64,000 bases of DNA from positions 1,888,001 to 1,952,000 of the forward strand of contig CAWGMQ010000004.1 of NCBI GenBank assembly GCA_963823665.1, written 5' to 3'. Below the pieces are notes generated by a model. That model saw only the letters and a program-made list of their open reading frames with translations. It had not been told where the DNA came from and did no database searches. Made by a program: the position numbers and the translations under genes. Position 1 is the stretch's first letter, and each line of letters starts with the position of its first letter. Positions 11,393-22,700 of the stretch are shown piece by piece. This stretch comes from an uncultured Planctomycetota bacterium (GTDB taxonomy: Bacteria; Planctomycetota; Planctomycetia; Isosphaerales; Isosphaeraceae).

Positions 11393-12649
11393 CTAATCCA
11401 GCTTGGTCGATTGGAAATTGGTCAAATTGTCTTTTTCCCGCAGCCGCACGTTGGTGTCCGTGGTCGCCCCCGGCGGTGCACCCGCGAACGTATCGGCCGC
11501 ATCGAACGGCAGCGGAGTGCTGGCCGACGAATTGGCCGACGACGGCGAGTTGTACTGCCCCCCGACGCCGTACAGCCCGTCGACGCCCGGTGAGATGATC
11601 TGGAATGTCTGTGGCTTCTCATACGTCAATACGTTGTTGGCTGTGACTGTGGAGCTGGTCGTATACGGATTGGGCGCCGGCGAGACCCGATGATTGAGAG
11701 CGCTCGCCGTGAAGAACTGAAGCCAGATCGGGCTCGCCAGGTTGGCGTCGGCTTCCGTCGGAAAATTCACGTCGTTGGGGTCATAGCCGCTGCTGCCGTA
11801 GGCGCTGAAGTACACGTAGAAATTGAGCGTCCCGTTCGTCGTCTGCGGCGAATTGCTGGTAAGCGAATCGTAATAGCCGGGAATTCCCGGGCTCGCCGTG
11901 CCGTTCAAGTTCGTCACGTTGTTGGGGTCCAGGAAGAGCCGGCTGCCGATGAATTCGAACGACGGGGATTGCCGGTTGGCGCTATACATCGGGTTCGGGT
12001 TGCCGCCGTATCGGGAGTCCGCCGCCAGGCTGTTCGTGAACGGGTTCACCGGGTCCTTGCCGAAGCCCGTCATGCCGAACGCGCCTGTCTGCGGATCCTC
12101 GTACGGAATCCCTCCCAGGAAGAACGCCAGGCATTCGTGACCGTGCAGGATGTACGGTCCGTCCATCACGCCGTTGCCGTTGAAGTCGTACCAGTACCCG
12201 GCGCCGGGCGGCGCATTGTAGAAGATCTGCGGCGGCTGACCCGACGTGCTGAAAACGACCTTCGGCCAAAACTTGCGCAAGGCCGTCAGCGACCGCTGCG
12301 CCAGGATGCTCACGGTCGTGTCGCTCGGCGAGGCGTTGGGGTCGATCGTGCTCACCCCGGCATTGCTGTTGATGAACGGAGCGTAATTGCCGCTCTCCAC
12401 CAGCAGCACCCGGGAGGGCGGTAAATCGCCGAACGATTGCTTGAAGCTCGCCATAGCCTGCGAGAGCTGACTGATTTCGGCCAGGACCGCCGCATTCCTG
12501 GCCGTTCGCAAGGCCGCTGCAATCACCGGCAAGAGCAGCCCCACCAGGATCGCCAGCACGATGATCACTACCAGAAGCTCGACCAGGGTGAACCCGCCCC
12601 GGGCAAGCGCCGAAACCGGCCTCGAGCGGTGCGTTGACGTGCGAATCAT
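11393..12649 (-). CDS. Prepilin / GspG-like pseudopilin, 418 aa
   Basis: GG|FTLVELLVVIIVLAILVGLLLP...EISQLSQAMASFKQSFGDLPP; C-terminal FQIISPGVDGLYG...DNLTNF. Confidence 0.85.
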   Translation of the reverse strand: MIRTSTHRSRPVSALARGGFTLVELLVVIIVLAILVGLLLPVIAAALRTARNAAVLAEISQLSQAMASFKQSFGDLPPSRVLLVESGNYAPFINSNAGVSTIDPNASPSDTTVSILAQRSLTALRKFWPKVVFSTSGQPPQIFYNAPPGAGYWYDFNGNGVMDGPYILHGHECLAFFLGGIPYEDPQTGAFGMTGFGKDPVNPFTNSLAADSRYGGNPNPMYSANRQSPSFEFIGSRLFLDPNNVTNLNGTASPGIPGYYDSLTSNSPQTTNGTLNFYVYFSAYGSSGYDPNDVNFPTEADANLASPIWLQFFTASALNHRVSPAPNPYTTSSTVTANNVLTYEKPQTFQIISPGVDGLYGVGGQYNSPSSANSSASTPLPFDAADTFAGAPPGATTDTNVRLREKDNLTNFQSTKLD

Positions 12650-12674
12650 CGTTCAGAAACTCCTTCGGAAGTCA

Positions 12675-13919
12675 TCATCCAGACAACTTGCTGATCAATG
12701 TAATGAGCGGCAGGAACAGTGCAATCACGATGAAGCCGATGATCCCGCCCAGGATGACGATCATGATCGGCTCGAGCAGGCTCACCAGGGATTCAACCGC
12801 CGTCTCGACCTCTTCATCGTAGTTGTCGGCAATCTTGTTCAGCATCGTGTCGAGCTCGCCCGTCTCTTCGCCGACGTCGATCATGTTCACCACGATGTCG
12901 TCGACAATCCGGGCTTCCTTGAGCGGCTGTGCAATTGTCTCGCCCTCGCGGATGCTCTCGTAAATCCGGGTGAAGGCCCGCTCGAAAACCGCGTTGCCCG
13001 CCGTGTCTCGCACGATGTTCAGCGACTCGAGAATCGGTACGCCCGACTGCACCAGCGTGCCTAAGGTGCGCATGGTACGGGCGACCGTCGATTTCTCGAC
13101 GATCGTCCCCATCACCGGCGTCATCAGCTTGATCCGGTCGCAGATATAAGCCCCCGTCTTGTTGCGATAAAGCAGCTTGACGAAGATCCAGATAAAGAGC
13201 GGCGTCAGGAACACGACGTAGAAATACTTGATCAAGAAGTGGCTGGCGTCGATCAAGATCGTCGTCATCCTCGGCAGCGGGATGTTGAAGTCTTTGAAGA
13301 TCGCCTCGAACTTGGGAATGATGTAATAAAGGATGAAGCCCACGATCACGCACGCCACCGTGATCACCACGGCCGGGTAAACCATCGCTGACTTGATCCG
13401 CCGTTTAAGCGACTGAGACTTTTCCTTGAAGTCCGCCAGACGCTGAAGAATCGCTTCAAGAGCACCGCCGGCCTCGCCGGCCTTGATCATGTTGCAATAA
13501 AGCCGGTCAAACGCCTTCGGATGCTTGGCGCACGCTTCCGAGAGCGTCGAGCCGCTCTCGATGTCCTCCACGATGTCGCCCAGCGCGTTCTTGAGCACGC
13601 CCGGCTTGCACTGGCCCTCCAGGATCTTGAGGCTCCGCAGGATCGGCAAGCCGGCATCCTGCAGCGTCGACAACTGCCGCGTGAACGTGCAGAGCTGCTT
13701 GGTGCTGATCCGGCCGATCGTGAATGATTTCTTCTTGCGCCGCCCACCCTTCTTCGCCGAGGCCCGCTGCTTGGCCTTCTTGGCCTTCTCGGCAATCTTG
13801 GTGACGAAGAATCCCTTCTGGCGAATGAGCTGCTGCGCTTCCTCCTGGGTTGCAGCGTCGATCGAGTCCTTGACCTCGCGCCCCGTGTGGTCCATCGCCT
13901 CATATTGGAAGGTCGGCAT
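12675..13919 (-). CDS. pilC: Type IV pilus platform protein PilC/GspF
   Basis: MPTFQYEA start, FTRQLSTLQDAGLPI, AGEAGGALE, GEETGELD; TM segments. Confidence 0.95.
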   Translation of the reverse strand: MPTFQYEAMDHTGREVKDSIDAATQEEAQQLIRQKGFFVTKIAEKAKKAKQRASAKKGGRRKKKSFTIGRISTKQLCTFTRQLSTLQDAGLPILRSLKILEGQCKPGVLKNALGDIVEDIESGSTLSEACAKHPKAFDRLYCNMIKAGEAGGALEAILQRLADFKEKSQSLKRRIKSAMVYPAVVITVACVIVGFILYYIIPKFEAIFKDFNIPLPRMTTILIDASHFLIKYFYVVFLTPLFIWIFVKLLYRNKTGAYICDRIKLMTPVMGTIVEKSTVARTMRTLGTLVQSGVPILESLNIVRDTAGNAVFERAFTRIYESIREGETIAQPLKEARIVDDIVVNMIDVGEETGELDTMLNKIADNYDEEVETAVESLVSLLEPIMIVILGGIIGFIVIALFLPLITLISKLSG

Positions 13920-13922
13920 GGT

Positions 13923-13957
13923 AGTGGTCCGTTGTCAGTGGTCCGTTGTCAGTTGTC
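13923..13957. repeat. Degenerate heptamer tandem repeat (AGTGGTC/CGTTGTC), reverse-orientation relative of the CAACTGA repeat
   Basis: agtggtc cgttgtc agtggtc cgttgtc agttgtc fills the pilB-pilC spacer. Confidence 0.7.
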
Positions 13958-13959
13958 TC

Positions 13960-15678
13960 TCATAAGTCGTCCAGCATCGTTTCACGTAGAATTTCTTCAA
14001 TACTGGTCAACCCGTTGTGGATCGATTGCATTCCCATTTCGCGGAGCGTTCGCATGCCAAACTTGCGGCCCGCGTTGCGGAAGTCGTCCAGCGACGCTTC
14101 GGCAACCACCATCTCCCGCAGGGTGTCGTTCATCACCAGAAGCTCGTAGATGCCCATGCGGCCCTTGTAGCCGGTGTTGTTACACCGCTCGCAGCCTTTG
14201 CCGTAAAAGAACTTCTTGCCCATCGCCGTCTCGGAATTCAGCCCCAGCTCCATGAGCACTTCCTGGGCCGGCATGAACTCCGTGCGGCAGTTGGCGCAAA
14301 TCTTCCGCACCAGCCGCTGCGCCAGCACCGCCTCGACCGTGGCCGTGATCAAGAACGTGGGCAGTCCCATGTCCCGCAGCCGCGTGATCGCCGACGGGGC
14401 GTCGTTGGTGTGCAGCGTCGTGAAGACGATGTGACCCGTCAGCGAGGCCTGAATCGAGATCTCGGCCGTCTCCAGATCACGCGTCTCACCCACCAGGATC
14501 TTGTCCGGATCTTGCCGCAGGATCGACCGCAGGCATGCGGCGAACGTCACGCCGATCTCGGCGTTGATCGGAATCTGCACCAGCCCCTCGATGTCGTACT
14601 CGACCGGCTCCTCGGTCGTGATGATCTTGTCTTCAATGCGATTCAAGTGGTTGAGCGTGGCGTAAAGCGTCGTGGTCTTGCCCGATGACGTCGGGCCCGT
14701 GACCAGCACGATGCCGTTTGGCTTCTCCACGATTTCCAGCCACGTCTTCAGTGTGTCGTCGGGCATACCCAGCTTCTTGAGGTCGAGCTGCACCACCGTG
14801 CGGTCCAGGATCCGCAGCACCACGCTCTCACCGAACATGGTTGGCAGCGTCGATACGCGGATATCCACCTCGTTGCCGCCTAACGCAAGCTGGATCCGTC
14901 CGTCCTGCGGCAGCCTCCGCTCCGCGATGTCCAGGTTCGACATGACCTTGATCCGGCTCGAAATCGCCGGGGCCAGGTGGCGCGGCGGGGGAACCAGCTC
15001 GTAGAGCACCCCGTCCACCCGGTACCGCATCTTGTACTCTTCCTCGAACGGCTCGAAATGGATGTCCGAAGCCTTGTCCTTGATCGCCAGGAGCAGCACC
15101 ATGTTGAGCAGCTTCCGCACCGGCGCAGCCTCGGCCATCTCCTCGATGGCCTCCAGATCGATCGTGTTCTCGTTCCGCCCCGCCATCGACGCCAGCCCCT
15201 TGTCCTGCTCGATCTGCTTCACGACGTCCTGAATGCTCTCGTGATGGCCCGCGTAAAGCCGCTCGATCGCCGCCATCACGTCCGACTCCGTCGCAATCGC
15301 CCCCTTCACCTCCGTGGAGAGGAACATCTTCAGGCTGTCCAGCGTCGACGGGTTCTGCGGCTCGGCCATCGCCACCGTCACGCTCTTGTCTTTCTTGTTC
15401 TGCGAGATCGGCACCACCTTGTACGCCGTGGCCATGCTCTCGTTCACCAGCTCCGTGAGCTCCGCGGGAATCGTCACATCCTGAAGCTTCACCACCTTCA
15501 TCCCGAGCTGTTCGCCCAGCGCCCGCATCACCTGGTCTTCCTTCACCAGGTTCATCTTCACCGCCACCTTGCCGATCAGCTCTGAACCCGACCGCTTCTG
15601 CTCCTCGAGCACCTTCCAGAGGCTCTCCTCGTCGAGATAGCCCATGTCGATCATGATCGTGCCGAGTTTTCGCGCCAT
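13960..15678 (-). CDS. pilB: Type IV pilus assembly ATPase PilB/GspE
   Basis: ASDIHFEP, LDIAERRLPQDGR, Walker A GPTSSGKTT, LRQDPD, tetra-Cys motif. Confidence 0.95.
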   Translation of the reverse strand: MARKLGTIMIDMGYLDEESLWKVLEEQKRSGSELIGKVAVKMNLVKEDQVMRALGEQLGMKVVKLQDVTIPAELTELVNESMATAYKVVPISQNKKDKSVTVAMAEPQNPSTLDSLKMFLSTEVKGAIATESDVMAAIERLYAGHHESIQDVVKQIEQDKGLASMAGRNENTIDLEAIEEMAEAAPVRKLLNMVLLLAIKDKASDIHFEPFEEEYKMRYRVDGVLYELVPPPRHLAPAISSRIKVMSNLDIAERRLPQDGRIQLALGGNEVDIRVSTLPTMFGESVVLRILDRTVVQLDLKKLGMPDDTLKTWLEIVEKPNGIVLVTGPTSSGKTTTLYATLNHLNRIEDKIITTEEPVEYDIEGLVQIPINAEIGVTFAACLRSILRQDPDKILVGETRDLETAEISIQASLTGHIVFTTLHTNDAPSAITRLRDMGLPTFLITATVEAVLAQRLVRKICANCRTEFMPAQEVLMELGLNSETAMGKKFFYGKGCERCNNTGYKGRMGIYELLVMNDTLREMVVAEASLDDFRNAGRKFGMRTLREMGMQSIHNGLTSIEEILRETMLDDL

Positions 15679-16031
15679 GTGAATTGACCCGCAAGCACCC
15701 GATCAAGCCCCAAGGCATCCCGCCCGAGGAGCAAGACCAGATGGTGTTGATATCAAGATCGAGATTGAAATCGAAAATCGAGTCGCGTCTGATCAAACTG
15801 CTGGAAAGGCTGAGTCACTTGCGGGCGCGAACCACCCCGGGCAGACCCCTCCCGAACCGACACGAAACCGTCCTGCGAGCTGAGCACTTTTCGACGAACA
15901 TTGATGCAGACAGTACTACTGCTACGGGCCCGGAAGCCCCTCATGACGCACGGACGACCGAAAACCAGCACCGACCACCCGGGCCCCACACGCTTCGTAA
16001 CGTCCACCACAACCGTGTCATCCCGCCACCG

Positions 16032-17147
16032 TCACTCCTCGTCCTCGTCCTCGCCCTCCTCACTCTCATCAAAGATTCCTTTCTTGGCGTTCTCGACTCG
16101 CTCGCGCAGCTCGTTCACTTTTCGGGCCTTGAACAGAATCTCGTTTTCTTCCACCAGCCCCTGCCGCCACAGGTTGAACAGGCTGTCGTCCAGCAGAATC
16201 ATGCCGTGCTTCCGCCCGGTCTGGATCGACGAGTCGATACGATAAGTCTTGTTCTCCCGGATCAGGTTCGAGATGGCCGGCGTCACCACCAGCATCTCGT
16301 ACGCGGCGACCAGCCCCTTCGGCTTGCGCGGCAAAAGCGCCTGGGCCAGGATGCCAATGATCGCCACCGAAAGCTGCGTGCGAATCTGGTCCTGCTGGTC
16401 CTTCGGAAACACGTCAATTACGCGGTTTACCGTCCCTTCCGCCGAGTTCGTGTGCAAGGTCGCAAACACGATGTGACCCGTTTCGGCAGCCGTGATCGCC
16501 GCCGAGATCGTGGCCAAGTCACGCATTTCACCCACGAGAATGATGTCCGGGTCCATTCGCAAAGCACGCCGGATCGCCTCGGGAAAATCAGGAACGTCGA
16601 CACCGATCTCACGCTGATTGATAAGGGATTTATTATGCTTGTGAAAATACTCGATCGGGTCCTCAATCGTGATGATGTGCCGGTCCATCGTCGCGTTGAT
16701 CCAGTTGATCATCGAGGCCAGACTCGTCGTCTTGCCCGAGCCCGTCGGCCCCGTCACCAGGATCAATCCCCGCGGCCGCGTGATCAACTGCTCCATCACC
16801 GCCGGAAGTCCAAGCTGCTCGAAAGTCAGAAACTCGTTCGGAATCCGCCGCAGCACCAAACCCACATTGCCGCGCTGCTTGAAAATCGCAACCCGGAACC
16901 GGGCCATCTCACCGAACGCAAAGCCGAAGTCAGTCCCCCCAACCTCCTGAAGCTCTTGCTGACACCGCTCCGGCGTGATGCTCTTCATGAGCGCCACCGT
17001 ATCGGCCGGCTCGAGCACCTTCGTTGCCAGCGGACGCATGTGGCCATGAAGCCGCAACATCGGTTGCGACCCCACGGCGAGATGCAAATCGCTCGCCTTC
17101 TGGGAACATACCGTCTGCAACAATTTGTCAATGAGCAGCGTACCCAT
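16032..17147 (-). CDS. pilT: Retraction ATPase PilT
   Basis: [47 protein letters not shown] (AIRNLIRE motif). Confidence 0.95.
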   Translation of the reverse strand: MGTLLIDKLLQTVCSQKASDLHLAVGSQPMLRLHGHMRPLATKVLEPADTVALMKSITPERCQQELQEVGGTDFGFAFGEMARFRVAIFKQRGNVGLVLRRIPNEFLTFEQLGLPAVMEQLITRPRGLILVTGPTGSGKTTSLASMINWINATMDRHIITIEDPIEYFHKHNKSLINQREIGVDVPDFPEAIRRALRMDPDIILVGEMRDLATISAAITAAETGHIVFATLHTNSAEGTVNRVIDVFPKDQQDQIRTQLSVAIIGILAQALLPRKPKGLVAAYEMLVVTPAISNLIRENKTYRIDSSIQTGRKHGMILLDDSLFNLWRQGLVEENEILFKARKVNELRERVENAKKGIFDESEEGEDEDEE

Positions 17148-17484
17148 GCCCGGAAAAGCCTCCGCCCTTGGACCGATGGACCCGTCATGCCAACCCGAGC
17201 ATAAGCCCGGGCTATTGACTTTTTCTCAGAAACCAGGTGTCCACCGATACGTGATAGCAGGCTTTTGGCTTACGATCAGGGACCTGTGCTCCCCGACTGC
17301 ATCATTATCTCGGTGGAAACCATCCACATCAAGAAATCGCACAACCTTTTCAGAAACAAGGGAGACCGCCCCAGACCCGCCAACCTGCCCGGCCTCCAAC
17401 ATCCGATCATCGCCACTCGACACGCTACCCGGCGACCAGCAGACCGCAACACTTCCGCCCCGCCCCCCCGCCGCTCGCCGCACC

Positions 17485-19226
17485 TCAAGGCTTCTTGGCG
17501 GCTGCCGGCTCTGAGGCAACCTCACGCTGAGTGATCCGCAACACTTCGTCAATCGTTGTCAATCCCCGGATCGCCTTGATCATGCCGTCCTCGAACAGCG
17601 TGTGCATCCCCTGCTTGCGAGCCATCTTACGAACATTCTGCGTCGATTCGCCCTTGAACGCCATCTCGCGAACCTGCGGCGTCATCGTCATCAATTCGTA
17701 GATGCCCATCCGCCCGCGATAACCCTTCTTGCTGCAGTTGCACACCCCTTCCCCTTCATGAAGTTCGCCTTCTTTATGACCTCCGGACGAAGCCCCAAAC
17801 CCGCCAGCAAGTGCGCCGGTGGCTCGTACCGCTGACGACATTTCGGACAAACCTTCCGAACTAACCGCTGCGCCATGATTGCAAGCACTGAACTCGCAAC
17901 CAGGAACGGCTGAATACCAATGTCCACCAAACGTGTAATGGCACTGGCCGCATCGTTCGTGTGCAATGTACTGAAAACCAAGTGTCCCGTCAGAGAGGCC
18001 TGAATCGCGGTCTCTGCCGTCTCAAGATCCCGAATTTCACCCACCAGCAGGATGTTTGGATTTTGCCGCAACATGGCACGAATAATGCGTGCAAACGTCA
18101 TCCCGATCTTCGCCTTCACCTCGCACTGGTTCACGCCCGGCAAGTAGTATTCAACAGGGTCTTCCGCCGTGATGATCTTCACGTCGGGACGGTTCAGCTC
18201 GTTGAGCGCCGCGTACAAGCGTCGTCGTCTTTCCCGAACCCGTCGGCCCCGTCACCAGCAAAATGCCATTGGGACGTTTGATCAGTTGCTTGAACCGCCC
18301 AAAGTCCTCGTCGCCAAATCCCAGGTCCTGAAGACCCACCTTGATGTTGTCACGGTCCAGAATCCGCATCACCACCGATTGTCCGTGACTGGTTGGAATG
18401 ATGCTCACCCGCATGTCGATGTCTTTGCCCGCGACGAGGATCTTGATCCGGCCGTCCTGCGGTCGCCGCTTCTCGGCAATGTCGATGAACCCCATGATCT
18501 TGATGCGGCTCACGATCGCACCCAGCAACCGCCGGGGTGCGCTGTCCCGCTCCATCAGCACGCCGTCGATCCGGTAGCGGATCCGCACCCGGTCCGCGAA
18601 CGGCTCGATGTGGATGTCGCTCGCCCGCATCGTCACGGCTTCCTGAATGATCAGGTGCACCAGCTTGATGACCGGAGCATCGCCTTCTTCTAACGTGTTG
18701 GTCGTACCCGACTTCGCTGGTCGTCGATCCATCCTCGGCAAAGTCGATCGCCGTGTCGGTGAATTCCTGAAGCATCGAGTCGACCGACTCGGTCTCCGAC
18801 GATCGCGCTGCCATAATACTTGTTGATCGCCTCGACAATCGCTTCTTTGGGCGCCAGCGCCACTTCGATCTCGCGATTGAGCACGAACCGCAGCTTGTCG
18901 ATCGTCTCGAAATCGAGCGGATCGTGCATGATCACCCGGATCGTCCCGCTCTCCTGCGAGAGCGGCATCACGATGTTCTCGCGCGCGAGCGATTCCGGAA
19001 CCAGCTCGATCACCGACGCCGGAATCTCGATCTCGCGCAGCTCGACGAACGCAAGCCCGTGCTGCTCCGCCTTCGCCTTCATGATGTCGTCAGCCCCGGC
19101 GTAGCCCAGCTTCATCAGCGACTCCTCGATCGCCGAGCTGTCCATCCGGTGCGCTTCTTTAAGCTGATCCGGCCCAATCACGCCGCGCCGTACCAGGATT
19201 TCCGTCCAATCCCGAGTCTTCGCCAT
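17485..19226 (-). CDS. pilB: Second PilB/GspE-family ATPase, frameshifted near 18780-18690, 18222 and 17750
   Basis: Consecutive ORF pieces give the N-domain, [32 protein letters not shown] and [10 protein letters not shown]. Confidence 0.85.
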
Positions 19227-19612
19227 GGCTCTACACTCTCCCGAATTAGTCCTTGCAATCCGCCCGGTACGATCTGCCAGAACCGGCTGCGCAGCGCTCG
19301 ATCGCGGCCGGCGCACGGTCTCAGCGTTCGCTGCGATTCGATAAGGGCGAGCAAGACTGAGGGTTAACGTCGATTACGCGGCTCGATTGACCCCGTGACT
19401 TTTGACAAAGCGGCACACAGCGGCGACTGTCAACTAACTCGACCGACGTCGGGAATGAATGTAACGATGATGACACTTGAAGTTAACAGGTTTTTGAGGC
19501 CTTCGCAAGGAATGCGTTAAGAATCCTCGCGGAACTTCGAACCATTCAGCCCGCTCGTTGCCTTATTATTTTCAAGACAATCGACAAGACGACCCAGAGC
19601 AGGACGCCACAC

Positions 19613-21492
19613 GTGACGATCCGCCAAAAATTGACCACCGCGCACCTTTCTACCCTCTTTCATCTGGGCAAAATCGGCGACCTTTCCGACCGTCAGCTCC
19701 TCGAACGCTTCGCGACCGGCGAGGGCGAGCCCGCCGACCTCGCCTTCAAAGCAATCCTTGAGCGGCATGGCCCGATGGTCCTCCGGGCCTGCAAAGCGCT
19801 ACTTCGCGATCCCAACGATGCCCAGGACGCATTCCAGGCAACTTTCCTCGTGCTCCTCCGCAAGTCGCGCGACCTCTGGGTCCATGACTCACTCGGCCCC
19901 TGGCTGCATCGTGTCGCAAGGCGAACGGCCGCCCGCGCCCAGGCCATCGCTCGCCGCCGCCGCGAGTGCGAGCGAAAAGCGGCCCTTTCCCGATCGGCCC
20001 CCCACGACCGTGCCGGCCACGACACACGAAGCTCGGTGCTGCACGACGAAATCGACCGCCTCCCCGAACCCCTCCGCGTGCTGGTTGTTCTCTGCCACCT
20101 GGAGGGCCAGACCCAGGAGCTCGCCGCCAGAACTCTGTCCCTCCCCGTGGGAACCGTGAAGAGCCGGTTGCATCGTGCCCGCGACCGGCTCCGCGGCCGC
20201 CTCTCCCAGCGCGGCGTCGGCTGCCCAGGCAGTCTTTTGACTCCAGACACCCCGTCGCACCCGGCCGATTCCATCCATCCGCTTCCCTTGTGTTCATCCG
20301 CCCTGCGCGCGGCGGCTCAGGCCGGCCTGAGCCCAGACGGCCGAGACACCCTCGTCTCGGCACGCGCGGTCCACCTCTTCGAGGAGACGATCAAGACCAT
20401 GTTCCTGACCAGAATCAAAATCGGCGCCGCACTCGTGCTCCTGGCCGGATGCATCGCCTGGGGCGCCTCGAGCGTTCTGCGCAGCAAGACCCCCGCCGGC
20501 CCAGCGCCGGGCCCGCCACGGAGCGCACCCGCGCTGCCGAGGCCACTGGAACGGCGCCAGCCGGCCACCCTGGTGCCCCCGCATACGTACGTCGCTCCCG
20601 CACCATGATCGTCGAGCGGCTGGAACAAGAGCTCGAGCGCACCGAGGGCCAACTGGCCCAAGTGACCGCCAGGGCCCGTTCCGCCGAAAACGATGCCGTC
20701 GCCCTGCATCTTCGCAAAACCGTGGCCAAGCTCGGCGGCCTCCTGGACCGCATCGACCCCGTACTCGCCGACGCCGTCGATGAGTTTCCCACGATCTTCG
20801 ACTTCACAACGCCACCGGCCACGCGCAGCGCCACGGCGGATCAATCGGAAACAGCCCCCGTGGTCCCGGCTCCCCGCACGAAGAAGCCCGCCGAGCCCGC
20901 GGCCGCACAGCCCTATGACTCACACTCCCTGGCCGAGGCGGCCGAAAAAATGGAATGGGCGCGCCGTATGAGCGAGAAAGGATACGTCAGTAAGGCCGAG
21001 CGCGATCGTTACCTGAAGGAATACGAAGCACTCAAGGCACGCATCGACGCCGATGTCGCCCACGCGGCAGATCGAGTCGATTGGGCCAGGCGAATGTTCG
21101 AGAAAGGCTACGTGACCAAACGGCAATATGATTCCGAGATCCTCAAACACTACGACGCCCTCCAGGCTCGTGCCTACGGAGAGCCGAACGCGGTGAACGC
21201 CGAGCTGTTAGAACTGTATAAGCTTCTCAAGGCGAAGGTGGAAAAGTCCGCTCGAATGACACCTGGCGATCCGAATCAGTCGGTCCCCAAGACCCAACCG
21301 GCTAACCCGCCCGCAAAACCAGAACCAGACTCCGACGGCAACGTGACGCGCGATCGCGCCAAGCTGCCGCCAAAAGTCGATCCCGCCCCCGACGACGAAA
21401 TCAACGCGAACCGCGATCGCGCCAAGCTGCCGCCACAAGTCGACGGCGCTCCGGCCGAAAAGCCGGCCGATCACGCGCCGCGGCCCTTCTGA
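19613..21492 (+). CDS. ECF sigma factor with long C-terminal extension, frameshifted near 20580
   Basis: SDRQLLERF...HGPMV...DAQDAFQATFLVL (sigma region 2), GTVKSRLHRAR (region 4), TM helix, then a second frame with two WARRMxEKGYV repeats. Confidence 0.85.
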
Positions 21493-21493
21493 T

Positions 21494-22698
21494 TCAGCCC
21501 GCCTCCGGCGCAAACGGCTCCGTCGGCCGCCCATTGATCTTGGCCTGCTCGCGGCCCTGCAAGCCGGCGATCTCCCGCTCCACTGCGGCAACATGCTGCG
21601 TCGTGGCGAGCACGGTCATCGTGGTCTCGGTCAGATACCGGCCGTCGACAGGCAGTTTCACCACGCGATCTCGCGCCTGCTCGAACGGCCGCGGGTTGGG
21701 ATAGTTGGTGCCCGGCTCAAGCCCCGTGACATACCCGTCGCGCAATCCAGCCGTATTCTTCCAGAGCGTGAACGCCGGCAGTTGATCATTCCGGAACTCG
21801 AGCACCACGCCCTTGTCGCCCTCTCGATTCCGAAGCATGACCTTGGTCCTGCCTCCGGGCGCATGCGCTTCGTGCAGCTTGAAGTAGTAAACCTCCTCGG
21901 CAAAACCCGGTTTCGGACCGTCATAAACATCGTAGTGCGCAATCGCCGCCTGCGCCGTCGCGTCGCGCGGGGTGACCGACTCGAACGGCGCCACGAACCG
22001 CGCGCCTGCGTCCAGGAACGGAGGACCGAAGTTCCAGTGATAAAGCACTTGCATCACGACGGGTTGGTCCTTCAGGTTCTCGAACTCGTCCCGCACCACG
22101 AGCTGATTCGAGCCCGGCACGGTCGTGATCTTCGTCTTCATGCGGATCTGCGGCCCGAACACGCGCGTCTCCTCGACGTGCCCTTCGACCGTGATCGCGT
22201 GCGGCGGCTCGGCCGCGACGTGCACGGCAACGTACGAGGCGGGAATGTTGGCGATCCGCCCGTGCAGCCCGAACGTCGTGTGACTCTTGGAGCCGTCCGG
22301 CTTGACAGTCTCCACCTCGAACGGTGACCCGTTGTTCTCCAGCCCGCACCGCGCCAGCAGCTCGTCAAAGCCCTCCAGCCAGCCCGAGCCCGCCGTGTGC
22401 GCCCAGGTTCACGAACGCAGGGTTCACCGGCCCGTCGCCGATCGGTGAGTCCCAGCCCAGCCGGTTTCCCTCGTACCAGCCTTTCCACAGCCCCATGCCC
22501 CGCGTCGGCACGACGGCGAACCGCAGCGCGCCGTTGTCCACCACGATCAGGTCGACGCCTTCACGGCGGCCCCCCCTCAGGGTGTGTTTCTTGATCGAGA
22601 ACGGCTGGGTCTCCCCCAGACCCAGGGCCTGCGGGTCGATCTCCTTCGAGTCAACCCAGAGTTCGTTCGAGCGCATCGGTCAGGACGAATGTCGGCAT
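21494..22698 (-). CDS. DUF4432 / aldose-1-epimerase-like protein, frameshifted
   Basis: LRGGRREGVD, VPTRGMG, LGWDSPI, GLHGRIAN, LYHWNFG, YVTGLEPGTNYPN motifs across ORF pieces. Confidence 0.8.
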
Positions 22699-22700
22699 GG

